DNA from: an uncultured archaeon
GTDB lineage: Archaea > Iainarchaeota > Iainarchaeia > Iainarchaeales > CSSED10-239
Length of the DNA stretch: 29,625 bases
Assembly (NCBI GenBank): GCA_964586355.1
Contig: CAZPGO010000039.1
Location: forward strand, 1-29,625
Reading direction: 5' to 3'
A model generated the notes under the pieces. It was not told the DNA's origin. It did not search any database and saw only the letters and a list, made by a program, of their open reading frames with translations. Position numbers and translations under genes: made by a program. Below are positions 25,151-29,625 of this stretch, in pieces (position 1 is the stretch's first letter; each line of letters begins with the position of its first letter).

Positions 25151-27424
25151 TTATGAGATCTCTGTAACTCCATCGTTTTCTTTGTCCCTTAAGACAGAGA
25201 ATTTAAGAGCACTGACTGCTGTTAAAAGCTGTTTTTCGTGGGTAACTATAAAAATTTGATCAACCAGTTCAGGCAAATCTTCATCAATCACCTTTGAAAG
25301 CATTAAAATCCCTTGATAGTCTAGGTTGTGTGTTGGTTCATCTAAAACCAACAAACCAAGATTTTTAGTTAGACATAAAGCAATTGCTACTCTTATGCTT
25401 AAAGCAGCACAAGTTCTCTCTCCACCGCTTAATAGTCCTTCAACTCTTATCCATTCTTTTTGAATGGTTAGAACTTCTAAAATATAATCAGAATCAACTC
25501 TAAGTCTTGCAGATAGGTAATCGTTATAAGGATAGATCTTTAACCAAATAACTGATAAAATTTTATTTATATTATCCACTAAGACTTTTCTTAATTGCTT
25601 TTGGCTAGACTCCACAGCTTTTATAAAATGTGAGAGATCTGTAGAATGTTGGTTTAGTTTTTTAAGAATTTCTTCCTGTTTTTCTTTTTGATCTACTAAA
25701 GAAAGATAACTTTTCTTATTTTTTTCTAATAAAGAAATGTTTTTTAAAAGATTTTCTTTTTGTGTTTTTAAGGAGTCTAGTTTTAAGTCTAAGGAGCCTA
25801 GTTCTTTTATAAGAGAAGTGTATTTTTCTTCATCAAACTTCTGTAGAGAAAGATCTTTAGTGAAAATTTCTTTTTTTTCTAAAAGTTTTAATAGATCTTC
25901 TTTTTTTTCTTGATATTTTATAGCAAGATCTAAGTTTGTGATTAAAGAATCATATTTTTCAAGATTTTCTTTTTTTTCTAGATTTTTAAATTCTTCTTCT
26001 GTTTTGATTAGGTTTTCTTTAATAATTAATATTTCTTTATCTGTTTTTTTTATATTTTCTAAAAGTAGATCATTTGTTTTTATTTTTTCTTCATCATCTT
26101 TTAGTTGTTTTTTTATTTTGGAATTGTTTTCTAGTTCTTCTAAGATTTTGTTAAGGTTTTCTTTTGTTTGTTTTAGATCTTCTGTTTTTGAGAGTGTTTT
26201 TTCAGAGATTTGTTTTTCTGTTAAAACTGAATCACAAACAGGACAATTGAAAAAACCTTTCTTTAGTTCTAATAATGCTGTGTTTAATTCTTTTATCTGG
26301 TTTAGAAATTCTAGTTTCTTAGAATGTAGTGAATCATACTCAGTATCCATTAGTTTTTTTTCAAATTCTATTTGTGTTTTATCTTTTGAAAGTTTTTGTA
26401 ATTTATGTTCTAATTGTTTCTTTTCTTCTAACAATTTAAATTCTTGATTGTTATAAAAAGTTTGTTTGTTTTCTAGATCTTTTCTTTTAGAGTCTATTAA
26501 AAAATTATGTTTTTGTTTTTCATTAAATTCTTGTTTTTGTTTTAAAAGTTCTTCTTTTAAAAATAAAAGAGCATTATTAAAAAAATCATTTTGATTTTTT
26601 TCAAAATCAGCAATTACTTTTTGAGAATCTTCTATATGTTTTTCTGTAACTTTAAGATTTAAGAGTTTTTGTTCATAACTTTTTTTATCTAAATTAGCTT
26701 TTTCATATTCTTTTAAAACCGATTCTTTTTTTAGGCTAAAAGTGCTTATTTGATCTGTTAGGTTTTTGGAGTGTTGAGAATATTCTTCAAGTTCTTTATT
26801 AATAGTTTCAATATCATATTCTTTAATTTGAGAACTAATCTGTTCCTTTAAAGAAGAAAAGTTTTCTCTTTTTTTTTCAAGATCTAATAAAACTTTTTTT
26901 GCATTGTCTTTTATTAGATCTAATTGACTAATACCAAACAGATCATCAAACTGTTCCTTTCTTTTTGCTGGTGCTAGTTTTAAGAAGTAGTCTAGTTCGT
27001 TTTGTTCTCCATATACTATTTTTACAAAAAGATTATAATCTATATTTAATATTTCTGACACTGCTTGATTAACATCTGTTTGCTTTGGGCCAAATATTAA
27101 TTTATCATTTTTATAGAGTTTTGCAGTATTTGTTTTTTCTGAAATGATCTCTCTTTCTATTCTGTAGTTGTTTTGATCTATTACTAATTCTAAAATAATT
27201 TTTGCTTGTTTTTCTTTTTGAGGTTTAAACATAATGACCTCATCAAGTTTTATTTTTCTATTTTGTAAAGACGGAAAAGATCCAAACAAAGCATAACAAA
27301 TAGCATCAACTATACTTGATTTTCCTGAACCCATTTGCCCTATAAATAGATTAGTTCCTTTATTAAACTCTATTTTTGTGTTTTTATGAGTTTTCCAATT
27401 ATTAAGTGTTATAGATCTGATCAT
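25151..27424 (-). CDS. rad50: Rad50-type SMC-like ATPase with CxxC zinc hook
   Basis: The N-terminal region is ITLNNWKTHKNTKIEF..GTNLFIGQMGSGKSS (Walker A). A very long K/E-rich coiled coil has a central hook, CPVC (nt 26234..26245). The C-terminal region has LSGGE, Walker B LLVLDEPT and a His switch (VTHE). At 757 aa it is shorter than most archaeal Rad50 as I remember them. Confidence 0.85.
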   Translation of the reverse strand: MIRSITLNNWKTHKNTKIEFNKGTNLFIGQMGSGKSSIVDAICYALFGSFPSLQNRKIKLDEVIMFKPQKEKQAKIILELVIDQNNYRIEREIISEKTNTAKLYKNDKLIFGPKQTDVNQAVSEILNIDYNLFVKIVYGEQNELDYFLKLAPAKRKEQFDDLFGISQLDLIKDNAKKVLLDLEKKRENFSSLKEQISSQIKEYDIETINKELEEYSQHSKNLTDQISTFSLKKESVLKEYEKANLDKKSYEQKLLNLKVTEKHIEDSQKVIADFEKNQNDFFNNALLFLKEELLKQKQEFNEKQKHNFLIDSKRKDLENKQTFYNNQEFKLLEEKKQLEHKLQKLSKDKTQIEFEKKLMDTEYDSLHSKKLEFLNQIKELNTALLELKKGFFNCPVCDSVLTEKQISEKTLSKTEDLKQTKENLNKILEELENNSKIKKQLKDDEEKIKTNDLLLENIKKTDKEILIIKENLIKTEEEFKNLEKKENLEKYDSLITNLDLAIKYQEKKEDLLKLLEKKEIFTKDLSLQKFDEEKYTSLIKELGSLDLKLDSLKTQKENLLKNISLLEKNKKSYLSLVDQKEKQEEILKKLNQHSTDLSHFIKAVESSQKQLRKVLVDNINKILSVIWLKIYPYNDYLSARLRVDSDYILEVLTIQKEWIRVEGLLSGGERTCAALSIRVAIALCLTKNLGLLVLDEPTHNLDYQGILMLSKVIDEDLPELVDQIFIVTHEKQLLTAVSALKFSVLRDKENDGVTEIS

Positions 27425-27480
27425 GTATAATATATATTATGATAAGAAAAATATATAAATTGTATAAAAAAGAAAAAGAT

Positions 27481-29625
27481 CTATTGAGGAGGTGGAGATT
27501 GAGGATTAGATATTAGATAAGGATAAGTAACTCCTTCTTGGATCTGCCAGACGGTATCAAAATCCCATTCTAAAGAAAATGTAGATTGTTGTTGCATTTC
27601 AGAAGTAGTTTTGCCAGTACCCCCCTCACTTGAAGATCGCTCAGAAGTTTGGATATCCCAATAACTATTATAAAGAATAGCTGTAGAAGAAGAACAATCA
27701 TCACCTACTAAGCCTCCAACAGCACTAGAAGTACCAGAAACAAGCCCTGTAGAATAACTATTAAAAACACTAACACTTCCATATAAACCTCCAACTAACC
27801 CACCAATCCCCCAAGCTTGACCTCCAAAAACAGAACTAGTAGAATAACTATTATAAATTGACCCTTTATCTAAATAACCAACTAAACCACCTATATAAGC
27901 ACCAATACCAAAAACAAAACCATTTGAATAACAATTAGAAATAAACCCTCCAGTATCAACCCCAATTAGCCCCCCAACTCTGTTACCAGAAACAGAACCA
28001 CTTGAATAACTATTTAAAATCATACCTTCATTAAACCCCACTAATCCGCCAACAAACGCACTACCAGTAACATTAACATTTTCTAATTTAATATTATTAA
28101 TTATAACACTAACATCCGTATATCCAAATAACCCTTGATAAGCTGTTGTTGGTCCATTAATAAATAAATTACTAATTACATATCCGTTTCCATCAAAACC
28201 ACCAAAAAATTTATTGTTATTATTTCCAATAGGAACCCACCCTTCTCCGGTGTTATATGGAAAAATATTCAAGTCAATATTTGAACCCAACACATATAAT
28301 TTAGACAAATCATTTCTAACATTATTAAGATCGTCAGGAGTCATTATAATTGTTGGCTCTACAAGATTATAATTATAAGAAAAAATAATTGATTCATATC
28401 CTGTTTCACAACCAATTGCTTTTATTTCTGTTTCTCCAGTAGTTATAACTATTGGTTCATTATATAAAATTCCATTTCCAAAACAACTAGGATTACTTCC
28501 ATTTATTGTATAATAAATATCTCCAAAAGAAGGATTAGAAAATAAAGAAATATCTAAAAAAAGAGACTGATAATCACCAGCATCAAAATTTGAAAATATT
28601 AAAATCTTTGGTTTCGGATGAGGAATTTGTTCATTATTTTTTAAATAAGGGTAACTTATCCCCTCATCAATAACCCAAACATCATCAAAATCCCACCCAG
28701 ATATAAATGTTGTTATTTGTTTCATTTGTTCAGATGTTTTTCCTTCACCACCACTAGTTGATTGATTAGAAGTTTGAACATCCCAATAACTATTAGAAAT
28801 AGTGCTTGAACTACTACTGCCGACTAAACCACCAACACTACTAGTAGAAGTGCCAGAAACAAAACCAGCAGAATAACAATTATATAAAGTATTCCAGAAA
28901 TTATAACCAACAAGACCACCAACAGTAGCTCCCAAAACAGAACAAGTAGAATAACAATTAGAAATATTTGAAAACAAATCTGTTGTGCCGACTAAACCAC
29001 CAACAGATCCATTTCCCAAAACAGAACCCGCAGAATAACTAGTAAAAATAGAACCAGAATATAAAAAACCAACTAAACCACCAAGAGATCCATTTCCCAA
29101 AACAGAACCAGTAGAATAACTATTATAAATTGACCCTCTATTTGAATAACCAACTAAACCACCAACATTATATGCACCAGTAACATTAACATTTTTTAAT
29201 TTTAATTTATTAAACACAGAACCAGTATTTATATATCCAAATAACCCTTGATAATCTGTTGTTGGTCTATTAATATATAAATTACTTATTGTGTATATAC
29301 TTCCATTTAAACTTCCAGAAAATTTTGTGGATGAATTACCGATTGGTAACCAACCTTCTCCTTCATTATATGGACTAACATTAAGATCTAAATTTATTCC
29401 TAATTTATAATGTTTATCTAATCCGTTTCTAACATTATTAAGATCATCAACACTACAGATGACTATAGGATCTTCTTCACTAGTTCCAGAACCATTATCA
29501 TTTATTCCAAGACAAACAAGATCTGGAATCTCTGGACTATTACAAGAATTTAACTCAGAATCTATATTATTAATAGGAACAGTAACATAGGTCCCTTCAC
29601 TTGTAACTAAATTAACATGATAAGA
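27481..29625 (-). CDS. Large GLUG-repeat surface/adhesin-like protein, 3' part only (N-terminus off the right edge); two copies of a ~280-aa module separated by a chitobiase-C/Fn3-associated-like domain
   Basis: The track ORF starts at an internal GTG (29217). I translated 29218..29625 in the same frame and found no stop. That stretch encodes ...DDLNNVRNGLDKHYKLGINLDLNVSPYNEGEGWLPIGNSSTKFSGSLNGSIYTISNLYINRPTTDYQGLFGY..., which parallels residues 295-366 of the called ORF. Each module has five GGL[VI]G (GLUG) units and ends SYWD[VI]QTS...GKT..EM.Q..TF...WDFD.VW.I.EG..YPYL. The middle region GDIYYTINGSNPS...YNEPIVI...IKAIG resembles the chitobiase C-terminal/Fn3-associated domain. Confidence 0.8.
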   Translation of the reverse strand, partial: SYHVNLVTSEGTYVTVPINNIDSELNSCNSPEIPDLVCLGINDNGSGTSEEDPIVICSVDDLNNVRNGLDKHYKLGINLDLNVSPYNEGEGWLPIGNSSTKFSGSLNGSIYTISNLYINRPTTDYQGLFGYINTGSVFNKLKLKNVNVTGAYNVGGLVGYSNRGSIYNSYSTGSVLGNGSLGGLVGFLYSGSIFTSYSAGSVLGNGSVGGLVGTTDLFSNISNCYSTCSVLGATVGGLVGYNFWNTLYNCYSAGFVSGTSTSSVGGLVGSSSSSTISNSYWDVQTSNQSTSGGEGKTSEQMKQITTFISGWDFDDVWVIDEGISYPYLKNNEQIPHPKPKILIFSNFDAGDYQSLFLDISLFSNPSFGDIYYTINGSNPSCFGNGILYNEPIVITTGETEIKAIGCETGYESIIFSYNYNLVEPTIIMTPDDLNNVRNDLSKLYVLGSNIDLNIFPYNTGEGWVPIGNNNNKFFGGFDGNGYVISNLFINGPTTAYQGLFGYTDVSVIINNIKLENVNVTGSAFVGGLVGFNEGMILNSYSSGSVSGNRVGGLIGVDTGGFISNCYSNGFVFGIGAYIGGLVGYLDKGSIYNSYSTSSVFGGQAWGIGGLVGGLYGSVSVFNSYSTGLVSGTSSAVGGLVGDDCSSSTAILYNSYWDIQTSERSSSEGGTGKTTSEMQQQSTFSLEWDFDTVWQIQEGVTYPYLISNPQSPPPQ
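28991..29109 (-). repeat. In-frame tandem coding repeat (81-nt period) inside the GLUG gene
   Basis: ACTAAACCACCAACAGATCCATTTCCCAAAACAGAACC at 28991..29028 and ACTAAACCACCAAGAGATCCATTTCCCAAAACAGAACC at 29072..29109 are 38-mers differing at one base, 81 nt apart. They encode GSVLGNGS[VL]GGLV. Shorter ACTAAACCACC cores recur throughout 27700..29170. Confidence 0.9.

Noticed and set aside
25938-26447. Plus-strand 169-aa S/F-rich ORF
   Set aside because: It is the antisense of the K/E-rich Rad50 coiled coil, where AAA/GAA codons read as TTT/TTC. The sense frame contains the CPVC zinc hook in exactly this region.
27700-29170. Regularly spaced short DNA repeats that could be mistaken for a CRISPR-like array
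   Set aside because: The repeats are in-frame codons for GGLVG-type units within one continuous ORF. Their spacing is a multiple of 3, the 'spacers' are homologous to each other, and there are no cas genes.
29215-29217. GTG start assigned to the GLUG protein by the ORF track
   Set aside because: The frame continues without a stop to 29625, and the upstream residues align with the second copy of the module. The GTG is an internal Val codon.
1-29625. Mobile elements, prophage, integrase, transposase, toxin-antitoxin pairs, rRNA, introns or inteins
   Set aside because: I recognised no ORF with DDE, tyrosine-recombinase or serine-recombinase motifs and no terminal inverted repeats. There is no intein-like insertion in priS, rfcL, hel308 or rad50, and no second structured-RNA-like GC island besides the tRNA.

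Overview
Strongly AT-rich, very gene-dense archaeal chromosome fragment. Many stop/start junctions are 0-4 nt or ATGA overlaps, and the proteins are Lys/Asn/Ile-rich. Gene content and style fit a small-genome DPANN-type archaeon, but taxonomy cannot be established from this window alone. I support about 30 protein genes and one tRNA.

Most genes are core information processing. They are RFC large subunit + ABCE1; aEF-1beta preceded by a small Zn-ribbon gene missing from the ORF track; tRNA-Arg(UCG); CCA-adding enzyme; Dph2; aCPSF1/FttA + Fap7-like kinase; proteasome beta (TTG start); FKBP PPIase; and Hel308. An 11-gene co-directional minus-strand array follows: rad50, priS, gins, aIF2alpha, PAC2, two kinase-like paralogs, herA, PRTase, aRF1, truD.

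Four things look accessory or unusual:
1. A tandem pair of miniature protein-kinase-like paralogs is translationally coupled to herA, while nurA and mre11 are absent from the window.
2. A four-gene cassette encodes Cys-paired prepilin-like proteins (3241-4968). A fifth pilin gene fragment sits at the left edge behind an (ATA)7 microsatellite.
3. A large bacterial-style GLUG-repeat surface protein at the right edge is internally duplicated. Its reading frame is open to the window end, so the supplied ORF is truncated at an internal GTG.
4. A membrane protein with an extremely acidic D/N-rich tail is co-transcribed with aCPSF1.

I saw no CRISPR array, rRNA, transposase or integrase. All family assignments are by-eye motif recognition, with no searches run.
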